A program made the position numbers and the translations under genes. From assembly GCA_018062815.1 (NCBI GenBank), contig JAGORM010000001.1, positions 160,774 through 224,773 on the forward strand: a DNA stretch of 64,000 bases. Reading direction: 5' to 3'. Below the pieces are notes generated by a model that searched no databases, was not told where the DNA came from, and worked only from the letters and a program-made list of their open reading frames with translations. Below, piece by piece: positions 56,089 through 64,000 of the stretch. Each line of letters starts with the position of its first letter. The stretch's first letter is position 1. The stretch is from Candidatus Levyibacteriota bacterium (GTDB lineage: Bacteria > Patescibacteriota > Microgenomatia > Levybacterales > GWA1-39-11).

Positions 56089-58962
56089 TTATCCGTTACA
56101 AAGTAGTTTATATTCGCAATTTACACATAATACATTCTTGCTGCACTGAAAACTACTCTCTTCTATTTCCTTTATATCCTCAAGCAGATTATTTTCAAAT
56201 TCTTCTAAGTCATTCTTCTTAAATGTCATTGATTTTTTTGTGTTACCCTCCAAAAAATGAAGCGTTAGCTTAATTTCTTCAGGTTTTTTATCAAGTATTG
56301 GGTCTTTTACGCGGGTTGCAGCAAGTGCATACATTGCCAACTGAAGTTTGTGTGATTTTTCAGCTTTTGGATTATCCTCGCCGGTTTTGTAATCAATTAT
56401 TTCTATCCCGCTTTCAGTCTTGTCAATTCTGTCTATCTTTCCAAACATCTTAACACCATTTTTCAATGTAAAATTGAATGGCATTTCCAAAGCTAAGGGT
56501 ACTATGGGAGGATTACATTCATTTAGGTAAAATTCATTTAGTAGTGTTTGTCCCTGCGCAAAGCGTTCTTTTTCATATGCCTTGCTGTCATACCCATCTG
56601 ATTGCCATTCACGTTTTAGTAGATCGCCTAGTTCTTGAGCCGAGAGTATGTTTCCGTTTTGCACCTCTTTATAGAAGTTATACAAAGTATTATGTATTGA
56701 AATACCGAAGCTCTGCACAGCGGCTGGAGGAGTAGGTAAACCTAGAATAACCTTTGCTTTATAATGAAGCGGGCAAATATCAAACATTTGGAGGTTTGAG
56801 TAAGTAAGATAAGTTACTTTATATGGATTTTTGACTTCTATTTTTTCAGGCTTTTTTTCATACACTGATAAAACTTCATTCAGTGAGAGCTGTTGGATAT
56901 GTTTTGAGATTTGCTCTTTTTTTGCAAGATTAGGTAGCGCTTCATAAACAAAGGGAGAGATTTTTTTTGCGCGTTTCCCAGTTCCATAGTAATCTGCTGC
57001 CGTGAGATAAAGACGCTTACGCGCTCTCGTCATTCCGACATAAAACAACCTTCTCTCCTCTTGTAGGTGAAGGTCTTTCTCATCTATTATTTTCTCCTTA
57101 ATAATTTCTTGAGGCAGTGGAATTTTTTCAGTTCTTTCACGGGAGGGGAATCTGTCATTTACGAGATTGACCATAAAAACAGTATCAAACTCTAATCCTT
57201 TCGAAGAGTGGACTGTGAGGATGTTAACGGCATTTAAATCTCTGACATCAACATCTGCTGCTGTAGGGCTATCCCCCATGGTAAGCATGAGTGAAAGCCA
57301 GTCTACTAATGTAAAAATATTGCTATTTGTACGCTCTGACTCAAAATTTTTAATTCTATCAAAAAATTTTGCAATATTTTGAACCCGTCGTTCTTCTTTG
57401 ACAGAATTTGTTATGGATAGTGTTTCAAATAATCCACTATCAACTAAAAAATAATAAAGTACTTGCCCTGCAGTATCTTTCTTTGCCATATCTAAATGAC
57501 GTAAAACCATCTGTCTAAAAGAATTTAATTTTGCTTGAGTTTCCGGTTTTAGAAATGTCTGATTTAAATCATTAAGAGACTCAAAGAGTGTTAGGTTTTT
57601 CTTTTTTGCAAAATTTAATAAATAATTAAGCTCTATGGTAGGAAGTTTAAAAATATCCATTGAAAATACCCTAAAAAGAGAAACAGAATCAGAAAGATTC
57701 GTAAGAAACACAAGATATGCGATGAGATCTTTTATTTCATCCTGCTGAAATAAATGTCCTGGACCCAGGAATTGATATGGAATTTTGTGCCTCTGCAGAG
57801 CAGTTGTTATGATCTGAGCATGATTGTTTGCTCTTACAAGGATTGCGATATCCTTATAAGATACATTCCGACTAAGTTCAATTATTTTACGGGCGATAGT
57901 ATCTGCTTCATCTTCTGACCTGACCTCATGAATAAGTTCAATAGATGATTTTTTTGTGGGTTTAGTGTGAGATTTAAGTTTTTTATCAATCTTTTCAACT
58001 ACCTCAAGTCTATTTGGATTATTATGTTGGATAAGTGCATATGCAGAATCTAAAATTATTTGAGTCGAGCGATAGTTGTCAATAAGACTTATAACTGATG
58101 CTTTAGGGAAGGTTTTTTTAAATTGAAGGACATTGCTTACGGCCGCACCTCTAAATCTATAGATTGATTGGTCGTCATCTGCGACAACTGTAATATTGTG
58201 TTCTTTTCCTGCAAGCAATATGGCTAGTTCATTTTGTGCATAGTTTGTGTCTTGGAACTCATCAACTAAAATAAATTTAAACTGGGATTGGTAGCGTTCT
58301 AAAATATGAGGTCTTTGTCTAAATAAGAGTAAGGTGTTTGAAATAAGATCTGAAAAATCCATAACTGAATTTTCAATTTTTAGCTGTTCATATGCTCTAT
58401 ATGCATTTGCAAGTTCTTTGTATTGTGCAATTTCATCATTTTGTTCCTTACTGTTTTCTCTTTGTTCCTGAACCCATTTTATATAATTTTCAGGTGCTAT
58501 ATCTTCATCCTTAAGTCTTGCAAAGTGTGTGAGTAGAGCGTCTAAAAATTTCGTAGGATTTCCCAATGGTCTGAAGGTTTTAAGCCCTAAGTTAAAGATA
58601 TTTTGCCTTAATAAAAGAATTGCTTCAGACTCAGAGAGGAGTTTATAGTTTGGATCAAGCCCAATAGTATGTGCGTCATCTCTGAGGATCCTATCACAAA
58701 AGGAGTGGAATGTGTGAATCCATAGATTTGTATACCCATAAGGAAGCAAGATGTCTACTCTCTCTTGCATTTCGTGGGCAGCTTTTTCAGTAAATGTTAG
58801 TGCTAGAATTTGAGATGAAGGGATGTTTACTTCGGTGATAAGGTGTTTTATTCTCTCAGTAATAACCGTAGTTTTCCCTGTTCCTGCTCCTGCAATAATG
58901 AGAAGGGGACCTTTGCTGTACTTTACTGCCTGTTCTTGTTTGGGGTTTAATATATTGCTCAT
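56089..58962 (-). CDS. UvrD/PcrA-family helicase fused to a C-terminal PD-(D/E)xK nuclease domain with a Cys4 (Fe-S, AddB/Cas4-like) cluster.
   Basis: N-terminal IIAGAGTGKTT Walker A and UvrD helicase motifs. C-terminal …IDRIDK…IEIIDYKTG… nuclease motif, plus CPLHY…CSKNVLCVNCEYKLLC cysteines. Confidence 0.75.
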   Translation of the reverse strand: MSNILNPKQEQAVKYSKGPLLIIAGAGTGKTTVITERIKHLITEVNIPSSQILALTFTEKAAHEMQERVDILLPYGYTNLWIHTFHSFCDRILRDDAHTIGLDPNYKLLSESEAILLLRQNIFNLGLKTFRPLGNPTKFLDALLTHFARLKDEDIAPENYIKWVQEQRENSKEQNDEIAQYKELANAYRAYEQLKIENSVMDFSDLISNTLLLFRQRPHILERYQSQFKFILVDEFQDTNYAQNELAILLAGKEHNITVVADDDQSIYRFRGAAVSNVLQFKKTFPKASVISLIDNYRSTQIILDSAYALIQHNNPNRLEVVEKIDKKLKSHTKPTKKSSIELIHEVRSEDEADTIARKIIELSRNVSYKDIAILVRANNHAQIITTALQRHKIPYQFLGPGHLFQQDEIKDLIAYLVFLTNLSDSVSLFRVFSMDIFKLPTIELNYLLNFAKKKNLTLFESLNDLNQTFLKPETQAKLNSFRQMVLRHLDMAKKDTAGQVLYYFLVDSGLFETLSITNSVKEERRVQNIAKFFDRIKNFESERTNSNIFTLVDWLSLMLTMGDSPTAADVDVRDLNAVNILTVHSSKGLEFDTVFMVNLVNDRFPSRERTEKIPLPQEIIKEKIIDEKDLHLQEERRLFYVGMTRARKRLYLTAADYYGTGKRAKKISPFVYEALPNLAKKEQISKHIQQLSLNEVLSVYEKKPEKIEVKNPYKVTYLTYSNLQMFDICPLHYKAKVILGLPTPPAAVQSFGISIHNTLYNFYKEVQNGNILSAQELGDLLKREWQSDGYDSKAYEKERFAQGQTLLNEFYLNECNPPIVPLALEMPFNFTLKNGVKMFGKIDRIDKTESGIEIIDYKTGEDNPKAEKSHKLQLAMYALAATRVKDPILDKKPEEIKLTLHFLEGNTKKSMTFKKNDLEEFENNLLEDIKEIEESSFQCSKNVLCVNCEYKLLCNG

Positions 58963-59155
58963 GTTTTAAGCTACGTCTTCAAGCTTATAAATCTTGAGAA
59001 GTGTTTCTTTTTTGTGAATAATCGTGTTTTTTTGTCGTGTGTTAAGCTTCTTGTCCATGCGTTTTTATTATACGATTTTTTATGAGTAGACCATTGTAGC
59101 ACAGCATAGATATTTTGAGTATATGAATGCAGGTATGCTATACTCTTAAAATTCT

Positions 59156-59908
59156 ATGCACGCTACCTCATTTAAAGCTTCGCTTGTAAAAAAAGAAAAA
59201 AATGGCGGAAATGCATGGAATTTTTATTTTACAAAACCTGACATCATGCAACAGGCAGGACAGGAAGATTCGGGTATTGCAAAAAAATCTAAAAAATTTA
59301 CCTATCTTCCAGGTCAATATATAAAAATTAATCTTGACATCAAAGATCCAGACATAAGAGGGGTAAGTAGATATTTCACATTATCTAGCAGTCCTAAGGA
59401 CCAGTATTTGATGGTGACTACCCGTATTATAAAATCTACTTTTAAAGAGTCTCTAGGCAGCCTTGTATTAGGGCAGAAAGTTCAGATGAGGGGTCCCTGG
59501 GGAGACTTTGTTTTAGACAAAAAAGAAACACTTCCGCTTGTGTTTATTGCAGGAGGAATAGGAATAACTCCATTCCGTTCTATGTTGAGACATCTTTTAA
59601 AAGAAGAACATAAAATTCCAAGTATAAAATTATTTGTTTCATATAAAGTAAAACGTGACATTTTATTCAAGAAGGAAATGGATCTTTTGACAGATAAAAA
59701 GCGCATACAGGTGATTACAGTCATTTCATCAAAGAATAAGGAGAGGATATCAATAAGATCCTTACAAGAGCATCTTGTTTCTTTAGACAAATATTCGTAT
59801 TATATTTCAGGTTCTGAAAAAATGGTTTCAGATATGAAAAGAATGTTGATCCATGACGCAAAGATTTCAGATAGAAAGATAAAGACAGATGACTTCCCTG
59901 GTTATTGA
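59156..59908 (+). CDS. FNR-like oxidoreductase, FAD/NAD(P)-binding domain only.
   Basis: RYFTLSSSP (RxYS FAD motif). GGIGITPFRSM (NAD-binding). No Fe-S cysteines. Confidence 0.55.
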   Translation: MHATSFKASLVKKEKNGGNAWNFYFTKPDIMQQAGQEDSGIAKKSKKFTYLPGQYIKINLDIKDPDIRGVSRYFTLSSSPKDQYLMVTTRIIKSTFKESLGSLVLGQKVQMRGPWGDFVLDKKETLPLVFIAGGIGITPFRSMLRHLLKEEHKIPSIKLFVSYKVKRDILFKKEMDLLTDKKRIQVITVISSKNKERISIRSLQEHLVSLDKYSYYISGSEKMVSDMKRMLIHDAKISDRKIKTDDFPGY

Positions 59909-59911
59909 AAA

Positions 59912-60133
59912 ATGAAGCGTAACACTCAGAAAATACAAAAAACAAATGTTCTATCCTCGTCGGATCTTGAAAGATTTGGCGGTGCTGTAAAGCATATAAG
60001 ACAGGCTTGGGAGAATATGGCAGATGAAACAGACTTTGAAGAGAGAGAAATGTTTGTAGAAATGGCTTCTAAGATACTTTACTTAAGAGGTAAATTATCA
60101 GAACTTGATAAGAGTAATGATATGGTAAATTAA
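59912..60133 (+). CDS. Hypothetical small protein (73 aa).
   Basis: ORF begins 4 nt after the FNR-like gene. No recognised motif. Confidence 0.3.
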   Translation: MKRNTQKIQKTNVLSSSDLERFGGAVKHIRQAWENMADETDFEEREMFVEMASKILYLRGKLSELDKSNDMVN

Positions 60134-61104
60134 TCACCTGGTAATAATTTTTCTTCTTCGTTTTTAATATTTGCAGTTGACTGAATTTTTATACCCAACT
60201 TATCAAATCCGGTAGTAACGTGTGCCATGGTGTTGTAGGAATTTGTAATGTGTTTGCTAAGTATTCCTATAGCTTCGCCTACTTTTTCATAATCTTTTTG
60301 CATAGCTCTTACTCCGGAGAGAATCTCTTTTGCCTGCTCCGTTATCTTTTGACCTTCAAAGCTTATAAGAATAGATCTGAGATATGCGTAGAAAGTCATG
60401 GGAGACACGGGAAGAACCCGTTTTTGGGATGCATAGTCGTAAAGAGCTGAGTGGTTTACAATCTCATAATATATTGCTTCAGATGGAATATACATAAGAG
60501 CATAATCTATTGTTCCTTCTTGCGTCAAAATGTACTTTCCAGAAATCGCATCTATATGTTTTTTTACATCGGATATAAAATCTTTTTCAATCGTTTTTTT
60601 CTCAAGGTCTGTTTTAGAGGCTGCCATTTTTCTAAAATTTTCCAAAGGAAATTTTGAGTCTATAGGTATAATTCCCGCCTCAGTTTTAATCGCTGCATCT
60701 ACAATTACACCGCTTTTAAAGGAATACTGAAGGTGAAAAGAGGATTTCGGAAGCATTTGTGAAAGCAGCTCTCTTAAAACCTGTTCGCCTATGTTTCCTC
60801 TGAGTTTTGGGCTTTTAAGTAGGTCTTGCAGGTCGCGCATAGATCGTCCGATTTCTGACATCTCCCCAATATTTTTTTGTACTCCAGAAATAACCTCTGC
60901 AGCCTTGTCGAGTCTAGAATTTAACTGTTGAGAGTTATTATCAAGTCGTTTGTCCATAGATTTAAGCCATTCAATTAAGGTTTGGTCAGACTTCTGGTTT
61001 GATTTTTTTGAAATGAGGTAAATTACAACTCCAAAACCAATAACTAAAATTGAGGAAATAATGAGCAGATTTGTATCCATGTAGTGCTCTATTTTATCAC
61101 ACAA
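60130..61104 (-). CDS. rmuC: DNA recombination protein RmuC.
   Basis: N-terminal TM, coiled-coil, and …LRGNIGEQVL… / …IPIDSKFPLE… / …ALMYIPSEA… RmuC blocks. Confidence 0.8.
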   Translation of the reverse strand: MCDKIEHYMDTNLLIISSILVIGFGVVIYLISKKSNQKSDQTLIEWLKSMDKRLDNNSQQLNSRLDKAAEVISGVQKNIGEMSEIGRSMRDLQDLLKSPKLRGNIGEQVLRELLSQMLPKSSFHLQYSFKSGVIVDAAIKTEAGIIPIDSKFPLENFRKMAASKTDLEKKTIEKDFISDVKKHIDAISGKYILTQEGTIDYALMYIPSEAIYYEIVNHSALYDYASQKRVLPVSPMTFYAYLRSILISFEGQKITEQAKEILSGVRAMQKDYEKVGEAIGILSKHITNSYNTMAHVTTGFDKLGIKIQSTANIKNEEEKLLPGD

Positions 61105-61128
61105 GGTAAAGTGATATAATCTGCAGCT

Positions 61129-61518
61129 ATGAGTTCAAAAGAAGTGCATGAAGGTTCCATGCAGCCTCGTCCCATAAATCCTATTATGTATAGTGAAACA
61201 AAGTTTGAAAAATATATGGACAAACTGAGAACTCTTATGAACCCCGAAGAGGGAGAGGTAGATCATTTTGGTTCAGATGAATATTATGGCATGGTTAAAG
61301 ATGGAATTATAGGAGTTGGCGTTGGGATTAGGATATCACCAGGTGGTTCATCGCATGTATTCTATCGAGTTGAACCAGACGGTAGACTTTCAAGGGTTTT
61401 AGGGGTGGGGGCAGTAACTGCAGAAGAGGCATTTGACCTAGAATTGTTTCCAGGTGAACCATGGAGTATTGAGTCGCCTTTTCTTCAGGGAGACTTTGGA
61501 GAGCTTATAGATTCTTAA
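61129..61518 (+). CDS. Hypothetical protein (129 aa).
   Basis: ORF with no recognisable family. Gly-rich central segment GIIGVGVGIRISPGGSS. Confidence 0.35.
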   Translation: MSSKEVHEGSMQPRPINPIMYSETKFEKYMDKLRTLMNPEEGEVDHFGSDEYYGMVKDGIIGVGVGIRISPGGSSHVFYRVEPDGRLSRVLGVGAVTAEEAFDLELFPGEPWSIESPFLQGDFGELIDS

Positions 61519-62044
61519 TTTCTTCAGCTACTTTGTAAAGAACAATTCCAAGCGTAACCATTACGTTCAGGCTTGTGTTAATTCCAAACATTGGAAGTTC
61601 CACTATGGAATCACACGCATCTAGGGTCTTGGGAGAACAACCATCTGTTTCGTTACCTACTACAAGCGCGATAGGAAGTTTATAATCAAATGAATCAAAA
61701 GGTATACTTTTTTCGTGTTGTTCCACTCCTATAATATTTATTCCGCGGACTGTTTTTCTCAAATCTTGTATGGCATCCACAGCAGACGGAGAATAAACCC
61801 AAGGTGTCCATTGCCACGTGTTAATTGATGCCTTTTTAATTCGTGAATTAGGCGGTGTTTCTGTTCCTCCGCAGAGATATACCTTGGCTGCCCCTACGGC
61901 GTCTGCTAGGCGGAATATGGCGCCAACGTTATATGTGTCAAGAACGTTATCTAAGACAATATAGATTTCCTGTCTTATGATTGAGTTGAGTTGTTCTTGA
62001 GTCGGTTCAGTTGTTCTGAGTGTTGCAGGTTTAAGCTTATTCAT
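61505..62044 (-). CDS. SpoU-family (TrmH/TrmL-like) RNA 2'-O-methyltransferase.
   Basis: SPOUT motifs (…LDNVLDTYNVGAIFRLADAVGA…, …LVVGNETDG…, …IELPMFG…SLNV…). Confidence 0.8.
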   Translation of the reverse strand: MNKLKPATLRTTEPTQEQLNSIIRQEIYIVLDNVLDTYNVGAIFRLADAVGAAKVYLCGGTETPPNSRIKKASINTWQWTPWVYSPSAVDAIQDLRKTVRGINIIGVEQHEKSIPFDSFDYKLPIALVVGNETDGCSPKTLDACDSIVELPMFGINTSLNVMVTLGIVLYKVAEEIKNL

Positions 62045-64000
62045 TTGTCTGTTCTGTTATTCCCACCTCTTTCAGTAATTGTTTTTTTGTCCAGACGGCA
62101 AAATCACATTTAGGATAGTGACTGCAGCCAAAAAATGTTCTCCCTTTTTTTGTTTTTTTAACAATAACATCTCCTTTATCTTTTGGGCATTTATATTGCG
62201 TTACATCTATTATGGGGGCAGTGTATTTGCAGGTTGGGAAATTGCCGCAGGCATAAAACTTCCCAAAACGTCCACGTCTTATTAAAACAGCTCCGCCATC
62301 TAATGGGCAGATTTTGTCTGTTTTTTCATCTAAGTCAATTTTAGTAACTTCAGCATTTTCAGCTTCAGCTAATTGTTTTTCAAGAGGAGCATAAAATTCA
62401 GCTATCATTGGTTTCCATGAGGCTTCACCGTTTGCTATTGCGTCTAGTTTATTTTCCATAGCAGCGGTAAAGGGAATGTCATCTATATCAGAAAAGTTTT
62501 TCACTAAAAAATCGCTAACCGTGTTTCCGACCAGCGTTGGTATAAATCTATTCTCTTCACGCTCAATATAGAACCTATCTAATATTGTGGAGACAATTGA
62601 TGCATATGTTGATGGACGACCAATTCCGTTTTTTTCAAGAGTAGAGATGAGGCTTGCGTCATTATATCTAGGAGGAGGAGTCGTTGTGTGTTGGGTTTTT
62701 TGTGCACTCAAATATGGCAATATTTCTCCACGACTAAATTCTGGTAAAAACTCTTCGCCATCCTCACGATACCATAATTTTAAATACCCATCAAAAAGTA
62801 ATACTGATCCAGATTTTTCAAAAACGTGTCCTAAAGATGTTTGAATTGTGATTTTAGTAGACTCAAATAATGCATCAGCCATTTGTGTTGCGATGGCTCG
62901 TTTGTATACAAGCTCATAAAGTCGTACCCCATCCCTTCCCAATTCACCTGCGATTTTTTGTTTTACCTCTTCAAAATTTTCTATTCCAGTAGGGCGAATT
63001 GCTTCATGTGCTTCTTGGGCAACCTTAGATTTTGTTTTAAATATTCTATTCCCATCGTGTAGGTATTTATCCCCAAATTCTTTTTTAATAAAGCTTCTTG
63101 CTTTCGTCAAAAATTGATTGGAAAGATTAAAGGAGTCAGTTCTGTGATATGTGATGTATCCTTCTTCGTATAGTTTTTGAGCCACTTGCATGGTTTTTCT
63201 GCTGTTAAATGACAATTTTCTTGCAGCTTCTATTTGCATAGAAGATGTAATAAATGGTGGTAAGGGTGTACGTTTGCTTTGTTTTTTTACTACTTCTGAA
63301 ACAGTATAAGATTGAGTGGATAGTTCTGTAATTATCTTATTTGCGGTTGGTTCATCTAAAACAGTTTTTGTGTAAGTATATTGACCGTCATATAGGTCAA
63401 GTTTTTCATTTTGTTCAATTTTCTTCCCATCAAGAGAAGTTAGCTCAAACTGTACTTCATTTGAATTTGAGTTTTCTTTTCCATTTTTTTTGAGAGTAAC
63501 GAAAATTTTATAATATTCCTCCGAATTAAATTTTGCAATTTCTCGTTCACGTTCTACAATTAACCTTAAGGCAATAGATTGAACACGACCGGCAGATAAA
63601 TTTCTTTTAATTTTTTTCCATAAGATTGGCGACACTTTGTAGCCAACAATTCTATCCAAAACCCTGCGTGCTATTTGAGCATCTACTAATTTTTCATCAA
63701 TTTCCCTGGGGTTATTTAGTGCTTCCTCTATTGCTTCGCGCGTAATTTCATGAAAAACAATTCTTTTAAAGACTGCACCTTTTTTAGCTTCAGGCTTTAG
63801 CATTTCTAATAGGTGATAAGAAATTGCTTCACCTTCACGGTCAGGGTCAGTTGCAAGAAGCACGGTATCTGCTTTTTTTACTTTTTTCTTGAGTAGAGTT
63901 AGTGTTTTTTGTTTTGCCTTGGGCGTAACATACCTGGGTTCAAAATTGTTTTCAATATCAACCCCAATATCTCCTCTGGGCAAGTCTCTTATGTGGCCGA
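62037..64000 (-). CDS. topA: DNA topoisomerase I, 5'-partial (N-terminus lies beyond the window end).
   Basis: Toprim DPDREGE. The frame continues upstream of the TTG at 63983 as …GHIRDLPRGD…, the TopA toprim motif. C-terminal Zn-ribbon repeats (CPLDGG…, CPKDKG…). Confidence 0.9.
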   Translation of the reverse strand, partial: GHIRDLPRGDIGVDIENNFEPRYVTPKAKQKTLTLLKKKVKKADTVLLATDPDREGEAISYHLLEMLKPEAKKGAVFKRIVFHEITREAIEEALNNPREIDEKLVDAQIARRVLDRIVGYKVSPILWKKIKRNLSAGRVQSIALRLIVEREREIAKFNSEEYYKIFVTLKKNGKENSNSNEVQFELTSLDGKKIEQNEKLDLYDGQYTYTKTVLDEPTANKIITELSTQSYTVSEVVKKQSKRTPLPPFITSSMQIEAARKLSFNSRKTMQVAQKLYEEGYITYHRTDSFNLSNQFLTKARSFIKKEFGDKYLHDGNRIFKTKSKVAQEAHEAIRPTGIENFEEVKQKIAGELGRDGVRLYELVYKRAIATQMADALFESTKITIQTSLGHVFEKSGSVLLFDGYLKLWYREDGEEFLPEFSRGEILPYLSAQKTQHTTTPPPRYNDASLISTLEKNGIGRPSTYASIVSTILDRFYIEREENRFIPTLVGNTVSDFLVKNFSDIDDIPFTAAMENKLDAIANGEASWKPMIAEFYAPLEKQLAEAENAEVTKIDLDEKTDKICPLDGGAVLIRRGRFGKFYACGNFPTCKYTAPIIDVTQYKCPKDKGDVIVKKTKKGRTFFGCSHYPKCDFAVWTKKQLLKEVGITEQTNE

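Noticed and set aside
63961-64000. TTG at 63983 reported as the start of the topA ORF.
   Set aside because: The reading frame continues upstream to the window edge and encodes …GHIRDLP…, the toprim motif. The true start therefore lies beyond 64000, and the gene is 5'-truncated by the window.
1-64000. Looked for CRISPR arrays, transposase/integrase genes, a reverse transcriptase/DGR, and restriction-modification genes.
   Set aside because: No regularly spaced direct repeats, no IS-like terminal inverted repeats, and no ORFs with the corresponding catalytic motifs were seen anywhere in the window.

Overview
This is a low-GC (~35-38%), gene-dense bacterial window dominated by the translation and transcription core. 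It carries rpoB-rpoC, a heavily interrupted str operon (rpsL-rpsG ... fusA ... tuf), rpsJ, and a nearly complete S10-spc-alpha ribosomal-protein block (rplC through rpsI, with secY, adk, map, infA, rpoA). The right-hand third is accessory: recX-recA, one tRNA, pentose-phosphate and salvage enzymes, RNase Y, HU, RNase P RNA, a UvrD-type helicase-nuclease fusion, rmuC and a window-truncated topA.

Several features support a Candidate-Phyla-Radiation/Patescibacteria-like or similar streamlined lineage, though this is inference:
- L30 (rpmD) is absent.
- L36 (rpmJ) sits between rplX and rplE rather than between infA and rpsM.
- L3, L4, L23, L22 and L17 carry long charged terminal extensions.
- Transketolase is split into two genes, and archaeal-style PGI/PMI and MOFRL glycerate kinase are present.

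Three real genes have no six-frame ORF: RNase P RNA (- strand, 55699-56072), tRNA-Pro(GGG) (45341-45411) and the 37-aa rpmJ (32460-32573).

The most unusual content is a likely cohesin-dockerin pair. A dockerin-bearing S8 subtilase (21978-24479) sits next to a small anchored protein with a cohesin-like signature (21351-21974), with a GH18-like membrane protein alongside.

Other observations:
- Three P-loop NMP-kinase genes lie in tandem after secY: canonical adk, an archaeal-Cmk/CoaE-like kinase, and a divergent adk paralog.
- Promoter-like boxes are followed immediately by hairpin+U-tract in front of tuf, fusA and rpsJ, hairpin+U-tract terminators directly abut the rplC and rplQ start codons, and a consensus TTGCAT-17-TATAAT promoter sits in the rpsJ-rplC spacer.
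- An HD-hydrolase/AAA_28/CDA-deaminase salvage-like trio.
- A CofE-like gene.

No CRISPR arrays, transposases or integrases were seen.
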